This document shows positions 39,130-52,978 of a DNA stretch of 64,000 nucleotides, one piece after another. Position numbers and translations under genes: made by a program. Positions within the stretch are counted from its first letter, which is position 1, and each line of letters starts with the position of its first letter. The DNA is taken from assembly GCA_013239625.1 (NCBI GenBank), contig MU053652.1, positions 7,711,027 to 7,775,026 of the forward strand, given 5' to 3'. Origin of the DNA: Lama guanicoe. Taxonomy: Eukaryota. Below the pieces are notes generated by a model. It was not told the origin of the DNA. It worked only from the letters and a program-made list of their open reading frames with translations, and made no database searches.

Positions 39130-40770
39130 CAATTTATTCAGCTTCTCTTCTTCTGTGGTCCCCAATAAGTTTATAATAAAGTATTGTCTAAGATTATAAA
39201 AACACAATAATGAAAAGAATATGAGAAAGACAATCCAAAAACAAGTACTTTGACACATTTCTGGAAAATGGATATTTGGAAAAGTATATTTTCTGCTAAA
39301 GCTGTAGCCCAAAATAAAAGAAAAGGGGGCTACATCAGATATGGGAAACAATTTGCCCAGCACACATCTAGAGAGGTTTCAGACTAGAGACTGTGGGTAA
39401 AAGAAAGGGCAGGAGAAAATGGAGCTGAAAACGGGAGATTCGTTGAAGACCTGTGTATAAAACAAACACCTATATTCTCACACAAGATTGCCTGTAGTCA
39501 GGTGTTTCACACTGGTGCCAGAAAGCAAAGCCATTCTCCTTCAAAGAAAAGGCAGCTGGCTCACCTCCTTCTCAATATAATGTAAAACTTCCAGCCAGTG
39601 AATCTCCTTCACATACAATGCACACCATCAACCTTACAAATCCCTCAGTTGTAAATATAAACAGACAAGGAATGGGCTCCAGAAAACTGAGCAAAGGCTG
39701 CAGGTAACAGACAAAGACCATGATGAATAGAAAATTGACTCCTAAACAAAGAGAGACTATTCAAGAAGCAGAAGAGAGCTTCAAGTAAAACTGCAGTGTC
39801 TGTAGGTAGGAAATAGTCTCCAAAGACCAAGGACACAAAGTTTTGAAAACAGAACAACCAAACAAACAAGAGTGTGCATTCAGAAATCAACTGAATGATT
39901 TCCCAAGTCAAAAAGTTATTTGAAAGAGAAAGCATGGGCACTCTCAAAGGGGTTAAAAGCAAAAGAAAACAAAGAGAGGAAAATGAAAGAGAAAAGATCA
40001 TCAAAACCAAAAATCAATATAAATCCAATTATAAGGAATTCTAAAGAGAAGAGAGGGAATTATTAAAGAATTAAAAGAAGGAAACTCTCCAGGGACGAAG
40101 AGAGACACGTGGCTCCAATCTAGCAGGGTCTACCTGCTACCAATAGGATGACTATGAAAGGAACTACACTTGGGTACATTATTATAAAACTTCAGAGCTC
40201 CAAGGGTTCAAAGATATTAAAAGACTTCAGAGAAGGTTGGGAAAAGAAGATTGCATACAGAGAAATTAGAAACATTGATTCTTTTGTGTTTGTTCGACTA
40301 GCAACACAAAATCGTAGAGTGATGCCTTCAGGGTTCTGCGGGAAGATTTTTTCCAGCTTAGAATTCTCTACCCAGCTAAAACCATTAATCAAATGGGAGG
40401 GAATAACAAAGAACTTTTCAGTCCAAAAAGCACTGACAAATGTACCTCTATACACCGTTTCTTAGAAAGTTACAAGAGGAGTGGTGACAGGTGTGAGAGC
40501 AGTGTGAAGTTAAGTCCTCATCCTTCATAGCAAGCTGTCACTAGAAAGTGCCAAGGTTGATAAGTCAAGAAATAGCATTATATGGGATTTGTTTGGAGAT
40601 GTGGAGCTAGCCACCAGCATAATTAAACACTGAATCCGTAAAACTGGTAACTTCTCCAGAGTGATGTTAGGGGATGGGGTAAACACTTCAGCACCATTTT
40701 ATTTTTTTAACTATGTGCATATATTAATTTGAAGCAATTTTTACATGTACTCCTAGATTAAAATTTTTGT
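39130..40770 (+). mobile_element. HAL1 / old L1 ORF1 remnant
   Basis: Degenerate ORF1 motifs TLGYIIIKLQSSKGSKILKDFRE and RILYPAK, with no ORF2 following. Confidence 0.7.
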
Positions 40771-40800
40771 GTAAGGTTTGGTAATATTAACTACATGGAC

Positions 40801-41263
40801 TGTGGTAGGCAGAATAATGGCCACACAATGAGGAACACATCCTGCGAATATGTAATCGACCATACATGGCAAGAAGGGACTTTGGATGTGATTGAGGTTA
40901 AGGACCTTGAGATGGGAGATTATCTTGGTTTATCCAGATGGGCTTAATGTAATCCCAAGGTCTTTAAATGTAGAAGAGGGAGGTGCAAGACAGTCAGGGA
41001 GAAAAGTGACTAAGGAAGAAGAGTCAGAAAGAAGCAACGTTGCTGGCCTTGGAGGTAGAGGAAGATGCCCAGCAAATGTAGGCAGCTCAAGAAACTGGAA
41101 AAATGATTCTCCCCAGAGACTCCAGAAAGGAATATAGTCCTGTTGACACCTTGATTTGAACCCATGTCATATTTCTAGCCTCCAGAACTGTAAGATTACG
41201 AAGTTTCCTTTTATGTTACCACATTTGTAGTAATTTGTTACACAGCAATAGAAAACTAATACA
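40801..41263 (+). mobile_element. MLT1D-like MaLR solo LTR
   Basis: tgtggtaggcagaataatggcc...ttaaggaccttgagatgggagattatc...cagcaatagaaaactaataca; flanks tggac/cagac. Confidence 0.9.
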
Positions 41264-42799
41264 CAGACATAAATAAAATAGGAATTAACTCCTTTTTTTT
41301 TTGATATTTTCCTATCTTGGACTGTTATTTTCCTTTCAACTTTTAGAATCAGAACTTTTTAAAAGACCTCAGAATAGACCCTTTGCCTTTTTTTTTTTTC
41401 TTGGTAGGGTGAAATAGAATAGATTTACTGTCTTCTTTCTATTTACTCCTAATGTCGTATATGTTTCCTTTTCTCAATCTTTGTTAAGTTACACTTGCAT
41501 ATCTTCAGAGATGATCCCAAGTTACCCCCATTTTTAGAAATATTTTAAATTTTTTAGTATTTCTAGGGCCATTCTTTTTGAAGTAATATTTTAGGGTTTT
41601 ACTTTTCTGTTCAGATTTATTAAAACATACATATAAGCACACACACAGAACCAGTAAATATTCTAAATTAATTCCTTAGCTATGCACTAATTTTTAATGA
41701 CATCCTTTAAATTGTGTGAACTACACTTCATCATGCTATGAGTGTGTATTTAGTCTGTTATTTCAGGGTATTTCTAAAATGTCACTGACAAAGTTCTTTG
41801 GATTTTACATCTTAATGTGGATCTGTACTCAAAATCCTAGACAGGTTGGTTTTGTTGTTGTTTTAAGCTATGTTTTTTTGTAGCCCGCCAGAGAGCAGAT
41901 ACCTTGGCTTGAAAGCCTGAGAGTGAGAATGAATCTATACATTCATCTCTCTTTCTGTTACTCATCCTGGGGCACATTACAGAGCCAGCATGGTACACTA
42001 AACGAAGAGAACTGAACCGAGGATCCAGACATCTGAACTGGAGACTTATCTGAGCAACTAATCAATTGTGTAACCCTGGACAAGTCACTTCTTGACTCCA
42101 GAGCACGGATTTTTCTAAGGCAATATGAGATCTGATGAGATTCTGATATCCAGAATAGCCAAAGGCAGAGACAAGCTGTCTGTCACACCGAAGTTCAGCC
42201 AGGGGAATTACCCAGTTGTAAGTCCCATACCAGACAAGATTCAGCAACAGCAATGGGTTTAACCTCTTGCGTTCTATTCTTTTCCAGATTTTGGCTGCCT
42301 CCACATTTACTTGGACTCATTATGTTCTCTCTACACCCAGACAACAGTCAGTCAGTGACAACACCTTCTCAGGGTGCTCTGATACAGTGAGCAGGCTAAG
42401 ATGGAGATATTCCAGTTACTCACCCATTACAGTTCACCTTTCAGAGGCTTTTCCCTGCTCACATATTTCAGAAGTCCCAAGTCCGTATTTTCTCAAAGAC
42501 CTGATTTTACAGGCTACCATATTTTAATTCCTTGTGCTCATAACACTTCTTTTCTGAAGCATTATTCCAGTACTTTATTCTAATAATACATTATCAATAA
42601 AAGATCAAGTTTTTATAAAATAAATTTAAAATATTTTCCAGCAAGCTGAAACGTACCCATAACTTGTTTAAGTAACATTTCCTTGATGAATAAAAAGGTT
42701 TAAAAATTGTATTACTACAAATACTGGAAGTTATCAAAACCTACCCAAGAACAACTACTCACATTTTAGGTGTATTTGTTCCAAAAAGGAAAGGCACAG

Positions 42800-43195
42800 T
42801 GTTGGTTTGCAAACTGGCCCCCATACAGAGGGCAGCGAGTCCAAGGAAGGAGGTAGACCACTGCAGATTAGTTGATGGCAGGGTTAATAAGGAAGAGAAC
42901 TTACATTTGAAGCTTATCTTGGGCTGCCATAAGATGAGGATCTACATACCCATCTGCCAAAATCTTAAAAGTTTATGCAGAGCTCTAAATGAAGTTCAGT
43001 CACGTAGCCAGTCCAGATGGCCTCAACAACACATCCCTTTCTCAAGACTATGTCCATGAAAATAGTCCCCACTGTGGGAACGGTGGACGGAACGTACATT
43101 CCAAGGACGAGGGTGGGAGTGAGGAGCTTCTGATTACCGGGGTCCAGCTCACAGGTCAACCGCTGGCCACATCTTCCTGATGACCTCCTCCAACA
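42800..43195 (-). mobile_element. Solo LTR, probably ERVL class
   Basis: Inverted termini TGTTGG...CCAACA with a perfect 5-bp TSD cacag at 42795-42799 and 43196-43200. Confidence 0.85.
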
Positions 43196-46073
43196 CACAG
43201 TGAAGTAATAATCAAAACAGCCACAAAGTCCTCCCTTTTTCTTGAGTATATTTCAACCAGAGGAAGTGAGAACTGCATAATCTAAGGAGAGGGAAGAGAA
43301 AGCGTTGAGATCCCTGCCCATCTCTTGTTCTATGAACTATGGTGGATTCATAAATGCCTTCAAATAGGGTCCCTTGTTTTCCAGTGGCCTGTTCACTATG
43401 AATGCTTCTTGGGAATCCATCAACCTATTAGCTTCTTATTCCACTTCTGATTTCAGTCTATGTCCTTTCTCTTCTGCTCACTCAGCTTCCATTTCTTCGT
43501 GTACACAAATACTTATATCTGTATATATTATGTAATATGTACTGTGTATATTTGTGTACACAAATACTTATAAATCTGCTTCCTCCCTCATTTGGTATTT
43601 GTGTGTACGTGTGTATTATCTGCAGATCTTGTTTTACTAAACTACCTGTCCCTAAGAGGAAAACTCCTGTACGTTTAGGAATTTGTTAAGGAAATATCTA
43701 ATACTACAAAAGTTAGACTCCAGCTCTGTCCTCACAAAGTTTACAGTCTGGAAGAAGATGGATAATAAATGAAAATAATGATGTTGGCAAATGCCCTGAG
43801 AAATGAGTTATCAGGTGTTCCAGAAATGCTTGGTAGGGGCACCATAACTGGTTTAGGTGGATCAGAGAATTACATTTGAGGTCTTCTGGGTCTAAATATA
43901 CCATCTTCAGAACTACACCCGACCCTGCAGTTAGAACTGTCACCATTCCACCTGTCCCCTAAGTTCTAAAATAGGGGATAACACTGACCTGTCCTTTCTT
44001 TCACTTTCCATATATGTTCACTGCCATATTCTATCACTTGCTTCTGTGGAAATACTAAATAGGAATACTATGGATATGGTTCAGAGGAAGCATGAATTCC
44101 TCTTCATAGACAAAATTCTAAGAGATTTAGGTTCAGTCTCTATAAAGTGCTTACATGAGAACATGTATAAGATTGCAAATTTATCCCCTAGTACATCATT
44201 GTTAGCTGGATAGGGAATAAAATGCAAAGTGGTTCTTTTAAAATAAGCCTAGCAAGCAGGCAGTCCTGTTTTTGAATAAGCCAAATGCTCTATTTATATT
44301 TTCTAAACTGCAACTAACTTATTTAAAAGACTGTTTAGCATTTCAGGCAGTTTACCACCATAATATCAAGTCTTTCTTGCTATCCATTCTGGTTCCGTTA
44401 TAATGTGTCTATTTACAGTGAAGCCATGAAAGAACATTTTTTGATGATTCTTTTCCCCAGAAACCTGAATAATTTTATGATTGCCTGTGCCTTTTTTCAT
44501 CCACTTGACATCATTTTAACATCCAGTGACAACATTTTCAGAAACAAAAAAAAAAGAGATTAAATGGGAAAAAAATTGATTCCTCTTTTTCTGACATGAT
44601 TACAGTTTTATTTCTCTATAGCAAATGCTCTCGACATTAACTTCAGGTATCACAGCAAGGTCGGAAGTTTTTGCTAGATGCTCCATCTAACAATGATGTG
44701 TTTTCATTTAATTATCATTTAAAATAATTTTATGGTTTTGATATATATGTACTAATCTTCACTTTCTCTAAACTTAAATTGTCTTTGCCTCTCTATGGGA
44801 GAAAACATGGACTTTGAGCCAGATACACCTAGGTTCAAGGCCTGGCTCTGCCATTTACAGGCTATAACCTTGGGCAGTGTCTTAAGGAACTTGCATAAGT
44901 TCACAGCCTTCTAACTCCAGAGCTTAAACTTTATACCACTAAAGTACTCTAGCTTTTATTCTCACTTCAATATGTATATCCAGAGTCAGCACTACGTCCT
45001 CTAAGTTGACAGGAATGCCTTTTTAATGGACTATTGGGTTAAAGAACCAAGACACAGGTATAGTAATTCAGATGCCAAACTCTGGATTCAAAGTATTATG
45101 CAAGTTTGAATCCCAGTGAAGGAAAAGAGAGTCTGAATATTTAACAGACCAGAAAGAAAAATGATTCAGAACTTACTTACAACAACCCAATAGCTAGAGC
45201 TCAACGGCTTACAAAGCAAGTTTATTTTTATATTGATGGGTCATTCACAAATCTTTTTACAGAGTATGGGGGAAAACTTGGAGCAGAAGCAGTATCTCTT
45301 ACCCTCCTGTGAGTCTGTAGGCTTTAGAGGGAAGATTGTAAATGAAGTGAATATAAGTGAAAAGAATGTAAATGGGTTTTATTTCTTGGCAACTTTCTCA
45401 CTTGTTGAGGGACAGAGAGATGCCCCATTCAAAAAAGAGTTTCTGATTTTGCATTGATTGTAGTATATAAAACTGGTTGCTCGTATAGATGTTTAATCAC
45501 AATCTTTGTGATTAAATCCTTTATTAAACAAATAAATACTTTGTTCAAATTTTGCCTAAAACAATAAAAATATAAATATTTGCTTCATCTTTGTAACACA
45601 GAGCAGCTGGAGTACAAGATATGTTGGACTCAATAATAAATTGGAATCAGACTATGAAGGGCCTCGTGAACCACATTCTAAAGACTTGTGAAGCTAAGAT
45701 AGTGAATTATGAGCGTAAAGAGGCTGTATTCGAAGGACATTTCCCAAGAATTAACAGGTCTTTGAAACTGATTAGACACAGTGAGTAAAGGAAAGAGTTA
45801 GTAGAGAGACTCCAACATAGATGGGTGGTGAAGCCATTATCCAAGGCTAAGGACACAAAAAGCCGAGGATTTTCCCTCAGAGCAGGTAACAATTAGAGGC
45901 ACTAGTGAGGGATATAATGACTTCATATTTAGAAATGTTGAGTTGGTAGTGCTTGTGAAACACCCAGGTGAAAAGAACTGATTGAATCCTGGGTGTGTAA
46001 ATCTGAGTTTTAAATGATAGCCATCAAAAGAACTTTTATTTATGGCTAGATGTTGTGCTAAGCATTTTGCACC

Positions 46074-46549
46074 TGTAGCACAAAAGGTGGCTAGCTGTTT
46101 TGAAATATCTTTCCTCCCCCAATAACTATATTCCTCTTCATCTATACTAAGAGGACCACTCATTTGTGGCTCCGTACAGAGCTACTTGGGAAAAAGACTA
46201 TGGTCCCTAATCTCCCTTGTTGGTAGGTGTCATCCTGGAACTAAATTGTCACAATGGGCTGGGAATGGAAGCATTTTTGAGGAAGAACCTTCTCCTCATT
46301 CTTTCTGATGGCGAGAATGCAGACAATGACTAGATGGCTAGAACAGACATATACTTAGGAATGGGAGTGACACACAGGAGAGGGTCCACAGGAGCTAGGA
46401 CCTGGATACCAGGACCTGTGTAGCACCACATCAGCCCCAGACATCTACTGGAAACTGTTCATAAGGGAAGAAACATTTGCCTCTGATTTAGACCACTAAT
46501 ATTTGGATGTTCTGCCTCTTAAGACAAAACCAAATCATAACTAGGACAC
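46074..46549 (+). mobile_element. MLT1J-like MaLR LTR nested in a reverse MIR
   Basis: tgtagcacaaaaggtggctag...aatcataactaggaca, with MIR halves at about 46030-46073 and 46550-46730. Confidence 0.65.
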
Positions 46550-48089
46550 ATTATCTTTCTCACCTAATCCCCATAAGAACATTATCATTATGCCTATTTT
46601 AGAAGTGAGAAATGAGGCTAGGACAAGCAAGGAGAGAGGTTTGCCCAAGGTCATCCAAACAGAAAGCAACAGAGCTAGGGTTTTGTCCAAGCAGTCTGAC
46701 GGCAAAGGCTACACTCATTATCACTAAGCTTTAGAAAACCATCTAACTCTCCGACCATTCCAAGGGCATCCCGCACGAAGAAAAGCAGTTTGTTTCTCTT
46801 TTTAACTTTTTATGAAACTATAGTGTATGTAGAGAAAAGAGAACATCCTTATTTTTCAATAAGAAATATTTCTAATAAATATGAAAATAAGTCAATCAAA
46901 GTGTTATCTTTTTTCTAATCTATATTCTTCCTCATCTTTTATGTGCTCAGTTTCCCTTCTCCTCAGTATATCTGTAACCATCCTTTCCATGTTTATTTTA
47001 TGACCCAGAAACACATTAATAAAGTACTGTGGAAGCCTCTCTTTTGCAGGCAAAATAACCCTGGGTCCTTATGCCTTCCTTAATAGTCTTAATTTTCCAA
47101 CTACTTGAATTAGTCCAACTGTAAATCTCTGAATATTCTCTAACCCCTCTCAGTCTTTTACCTCTGTACTGTTTATCGTGGCAAACTTAGCAGCATATAT
47201 GGCTTGAGAATGAGTTTTTCACAGCACTCCCTTTGTACCAGGCCAGGATTAGCCCACCCATCATATTGAGTAGATTTAAATAGTTGGTGAGTTAAGAGGT
47301 TCTTTCTGTTTTTCAAAGACAAAGAGAGCTTTGTGTTATTGCTGAAAAGCCACATGAATAACTTGAAAACAAAGGGTTTGTCAATTACAATCTGTTCTTT
47401 ATGTTTTCAGAATTTGTATTTGGTAAACCATAATCCTCTAAAATTCCTCCGTGGACAAGGAGGGCATGGGAAAAAGTGGTGCAACAGTTTCTCTTTGGGA
47501 CAGATCCAGTGGACCAGCAGACAAGCAGGGATAACCATCCTAGGGAGGTAAATTCAGAGCAGGACAGTTGCCACGGGTTAGGTATAAGGAGGAGTGAGCT
47601 CAGGGACTACAGCTTGCTATCACACATACCCAGAAAAATCTGGGTGCCTGAAATGCTCAGATTCAAAAAAGAGATCTACGCTACTGTGAAACTCTAGAAT
47701 TTTATAAGTTTAGAAGTTAATTTGTTTCCAGATAGTTGAGTAAAAAAAATTCACAAAAGGGAAACATCTCTTGGTAAGAAGGAGTACTCTTACAGGTAAG
47801 ATTCTTCTTGGTAGAATTTTGGAAGGTATCCTAAAGATGCTTCAGAAATAAGGAAAATTAGACCGAAGGTGAAATTCATCAACATTGTAAGTTAATTACA
47901 GGGAAGAAATAACTTTATGGGATAAGAAGCAAAAGAGAGTATCATTACATGCAAATAGATGAATGATGTGAAAGATTTGCATGTTCTGGAGACACCAGCA
48001 TTAGAAATGATGTTTTGTTTTTGTGTTTAATATAGTGGTGGGAATGTGAAATTTAGACCCAAAAGTCTTGTGCGTCACACAAAGAATGA

Positions 48090-48960
48090 ATTTTTCTAAT
48101 AAATAAGAACTACTGCCAATAAATAAAAAAAAAGATCTAGCAACCCAATGGAAAGGGATGTGAACAGACAGTTCACAGAAGAGGAAAGATGACTAGTTCT
48201 TCTATATTTGACATAATGCCCACTTCACTCTTAATATAATAATTGAAAGTTAAAACTACAGTGAGATACTATTTTTCACCTATCAGATTGGCAAACATCA
48301 AAAAGTGTAACAAAACATCACTGGCAAAATTGTGTGGAAATAGGCCCTCTCATAATGGCTGGTGGGAGTGCAACCTGGTGCAGTTTCTCAGGAGAACAAT
48401 TTGGCAATTGCTATCAAAATTACAAATGTACACAGCCTTTCACCTAATAGCTTTGCTTGTTGAAATTTATCCCTAATATACATACTCCCACATGGGTGAA
48501 ATGACTTATAGTCAAGGCTTTCATTTTGTACCATTTTTACCAGGACAAAAGATTTTAAACCATTTAAATGACCATCAGTAAAATCTTGGCTAGATAAGTA
48601 ATGATTCATTCAAACAATGCAATACTACTTAGCTGTTTAAGACAAAAATTGAAGATGAGTTCTTACATAAGATCCGGAATGATTCCTACACAAAGTTAAC
48701 AGTGGAAAAAAATAAGGTGTAGAAAAAAGTATACAGTGTATTAGGATCCTCATAAAAATGGGACGGGGGCTTCTATTCACTTGTAGATGCATAAAATATC
48801 TCCAGAACTAATACTAAACTAATAATATTGTCCCCAAAAGAAAATAAGTGGGTGGGGGACAGATGTCAGAGGAAATTTTTCTCTGCATAGTTTTGTGCCT
48901 TATAAATGTTGAAGATATGAAAGTATTGAATAGTTTTAATTAAATGAAAGCTAAATTCAA
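48090..48960 (+). mobile_element. L1ME-type ORF2 C-terminus and 3'UTR
   Basis: Translation MKVKTTVRYYFSPIRLANIKK...WWECNLVQFL. Confidence 0.85.
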
Positions 48961-51900
48961 AATCATCTAGGCTTTTGCCCAGCCTCCTCAAGAGGTATTT
49001 TAACTCTTGAAATACAGTTCCCCTCTTTTGAAATTTCCCTATCAATAAATGATACTTGTTGCCTACCACATATTATTTCAAGGCACCAATAAGATAACAA
49101 ATATAAAGCACTTTGTAAACTATGAAGTATTATACAAATGCAAAAAGAATTAAAACTATGTCCACACATAACAGTATTGATGGAGCCTGGATCCCTGCTC
49201 TGAAATACAAACCTGATATTCTAATACTTTTTTTTTGAAACTCAATGCTGAAGGCTGAAAAGTTAAGAATGTTGCACAGATTCTAGCCCATTTATTTGTT
49301 AATTGTCAAATTCTGGCTCCTAAGGAAGAGTTTTTAAAAAAAACTTACACGCAAATAAGAACTCACTTTATGTCACAGTAAATTCAAAAATAGTTGCGTG
49401 TGACTCAAGCAATACATGTAATGTCCTAGGAAAACTTGTGATCTCAAAAAATTCTTCTGTGAGGATTTCCTTACGAGGGAGAGAACTCTTACAGAATCAA
49501 CGATTATCCCAATCCTGAGAGTGTAAGTGTATAAATGCTAATTTCCATGGATCTAAATTTGTCTAAAGAGAGATGAATGCCCCATATACATTCTAGAATG
49601 GGAATGCCAAGTAGGATTCGTTTTTCTTGCCAATTCCTGTGAATGTCTTCTTAGGTCACTCTGGCGATTAGGATTCTAAGGCAGAGTCTGGACTTACTAG
49701 GAAAGAATGCTGTAATAATGACGTCTGCCTCGTGGGAGAGAGTGAAGAAGGGTCGGAGGAGCCAGACACAACCATTCTCTCTCTATGCTTCCATGAGTGT
49801 CCCCTTTCTTCTTCTTTCTGCCTCCCCCCACCATAATTTTCTACAAAAAGATTCCCAGGTAAAAAGGTTACATGGTAGAAGGATTGATACAGGCTACTAC
49901 TGAGAGAAAAAGAGGTGCCTGCTTCCCTAGAATTCCTTATCGAGAGGAACGGATGAAGAAACAGAAGGAGAGCTTGCCCAGAGCCCAGTTAGATGTTTTT
50001 GGCTGTGATTATTAAATTAAAATGTAGAAGGGGAGCAGAGATACACATGACTCAGTTCATAGCAACATGACTAGAGTTTATGTACATATAATTTAATCAA
50101 GGACATTTGAGAATTGTCCAAATAGCAGGTCATTTAACTCAGTATCAGAATCCGCAGACACTGAATGATCTTTTCTCTGTGTACGTTTCTAGGCTAGGAG
50201 CTACCAGGATGCTGACAGTATTTGTGATTCAGATGAGTTTTCAAAATGACAAAATAGAGATGTGAGAGAGAGATTTTGAAAAATTCAGGGTAACAATTAA
50301 GGGAGTATATGATGAAACTGTTAACACTCACACAACTGAAATACATCAGGGTGGTGTACTCAGGCCCAGCTTTAAGTCACAGAAATTACTTGAAGGTTTT
50401 TGACCAGGGTAATGAAATGTGCAAAGTGGTGGTTTAGGGAGGTGACGTGGATAGCCAAAGCCAAGACAGACTGCAGGAGAGTGAAGAAACTTGTGCTGGG
50501 TACGTCAGTTCGTGAGCGTGGAATAGTCCTGGCCAAGGTGGCAGAGGTCTGGATGAGGGTGAGAGTACTGGAATTGGAAAGGAAACAATAAATTATGAAA
50601 ATGTTTGAAAAGAGAATTGAAGAGCAAAAAATAGGCAGGGCCTAATCACTGCTGAATGTGGGAGTTGAGAGATATTAAGGAGTCAAGGTTAACATATTGG
50701 GAGAACAGGAAGACCCTTCCCCTGGTTAGCATCAGATCCTCTCTCCTGCCAGTGGGTAAATACATTTAGTGCTTTTCTTCTGTCATAATATTATTCAGTT
50801 TTGTGGTCTCTAAGTATCTACCTCCCTCACTAGACAGTGAGCTGCTTTAGTTGTGCTGCAACCTGGCACAAGAATGTTTGTATGTGTACGAAATGGAAGA
50901 CAGGGAGGGAGGAAAGAAAGGGTCTGTTTCAGAGGGAGACATGAGCAACGGACTGTTACACATGGAGAGACGGAAGTAACAGTGTATCATTCAAAATAAT
51001 ACATTTTATTGAATCATATTAAAGATAATAATGTATTTTATTGAATTATATTAGATATTTTCAAAGATGATCTTTATTACTATCCACTCAGTACAACCCA
51101 AGGTACTGCACACCTCAAACATCGATTCTCAACACCAGGATTCTACTCTAAGGCCAACCTCCCACCAGCCACAACTCCTTAGTCCCATCAGAGGGAAATA
51201 TTTATTCTACAGAAGTTTTCAAATGTTCCAGCAAGGTTTCTGGAGGCTATTTAGTAGCAATAAACATAGCCTTAAAATATGGGTAACTTTTATCCTCCAA
51301 CAGAATGCTAAGGAATGTATTTTAGGTAAATAAACATAGCTACATGAGAAAGATAATTAAGAGAAAGCTTGTCACATAGAAGCTCTTAACAGCAAAAGTT
51401 TTCTGAAACACACTAACCAGCCCCAAACTGGAGATTGGCTAAACAAATTATGGAATGTCTCTACAAAAGAATCCTTTAGCATGATTACCAGTGATGCAGC
51501 AGACCATTGAATGGAAAGATACTCTTTAATCATCAGAAAGTGACAAGAGTAAATTACAAATTACAATAGGAATACATAATGTAATCTCCTTTTCATGATA
51601 TTATAATATTGTTCAAAGACTACATGCCAAAACATTAACAGTGCTTATCTGTGAGTTGTGGTATCATGGATGATATGTACTTGTTTGACTTTTTACTTTT
51701 ATTTCCAATGTCTTCAATAGGCAACTATATCTTTTATAATAAGCTATTCTGTAAACTCCAAGAGAACATAGACTTTGTCATGGTCACTTTTGTATGTCCA
51801 GGACATAGCACAACATATTGCACAGAAGTGTTCCATAACTGTTTGTTGAATAAAGAAAACTATTTTTAAGTATATGTTTCTTTTTAGCTATTACAAATTA

Positions 51901-52242
51901 AATGAAATTTTGATATGATATAAATATAAGAAGTATATATTCTTTAAGGCAAGAGTTATGGCAGTCATAACCAGAAGACAGCAATACGTCACCAACATGA
52001 CCAGTCATAGGAGAAACATGATCACATGGGTCAAGCCAAAAACCTATAGCTAAAATAAGAAAACCAAAGGTAGTCGCTAGGTGACCAGAAACAGAGCCAG
52101 CAGCTTAGCTAAGGAAGGCAATGAATATACTGATTTCTGGGAGCTGCACCCTCACCTGAGGGTCAAAGAAATCCAGGCTAGAGGGACTGACTCAGGCTCC
52201 CTTCACCTGTCTCTGGAATTGAAATCAAGATGGGCCTCTCTT

Positions 52243-52978
52243 GGCTGTGGAGAAAAGGGAACCCTCCTACACTGCTGGTGGGAATGCAGTTTGGTGCAGC
52301 CACTGTGGAAAACAGTATGGAGAGTCCTCAAAAGACTAGGAATAGACTTACCATATGACCCAGGAATCCCACTCCTGGGCATATATCCAGAAGGAACCCA
52401 ACTTCAAAATGACACCTGCACCCCAATGTTCATAGCAGCACTATTCACAATAGCCAAGACATGGAAGCAGCCTAAATGTCCATCAACAGACGACTGGATA
52501 AAGAAGTTGTGGTATATTTATACCATGGAATACTATTCAGCCATAAAAACTGACAACATAACGCCATTTGCAGCAACATGGATGTTTCTGGAGAATGTCA
52601 TTCTAAGTGAAGTAAGCCAGAAAGAGAAAGAAAAATACCATATGAGATCACTCATATGCGGAATCTAAAAAAATACAAAACATAAATACAAAACAGAAAC
52701 AGACTCATAGACATAGAGTACAAATCTGTGGTTGCCAAGGGGGAGGGGGGTGGGAAGGGACAGACTGGGATTTCAAAATGTAGAATAGATAAACAAGATT
52801 ATGCTGTATAGCACAGGGAAATATATACAAGATCTTATGGTAGCTCACAGTGAAAAAAAAGTGACAATGAATATATGTGTGTTCATGTATAACTGAAAAA
52901 TTGTGCTCTAACTGGAATTTGACACAACATTGTAAAATGACTATAACTCAATAAAAAAAAGTTACAAAAAAAAAAAAA
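52243..52978 (+). mobile_element. Young 5'-truncated L1 with an intact ORF2 C-terminus
   Basis: Stop-free [17 protein letters not shown]...KYHMRSLICGI to 52668, then 3'UTR and poly(A). 16-bp TSD aag(a/g)tgggcctctctt at 52227-52242 and 52979-52994. Confidence 0.95.

Noticed and set aside
52081..52668. 195-aa ORF as a gene
   Set aside because: It is the L1 ORF2 C-terminus fortuitously in frame with flanking DNA, with a GTG start and no upstream Met.
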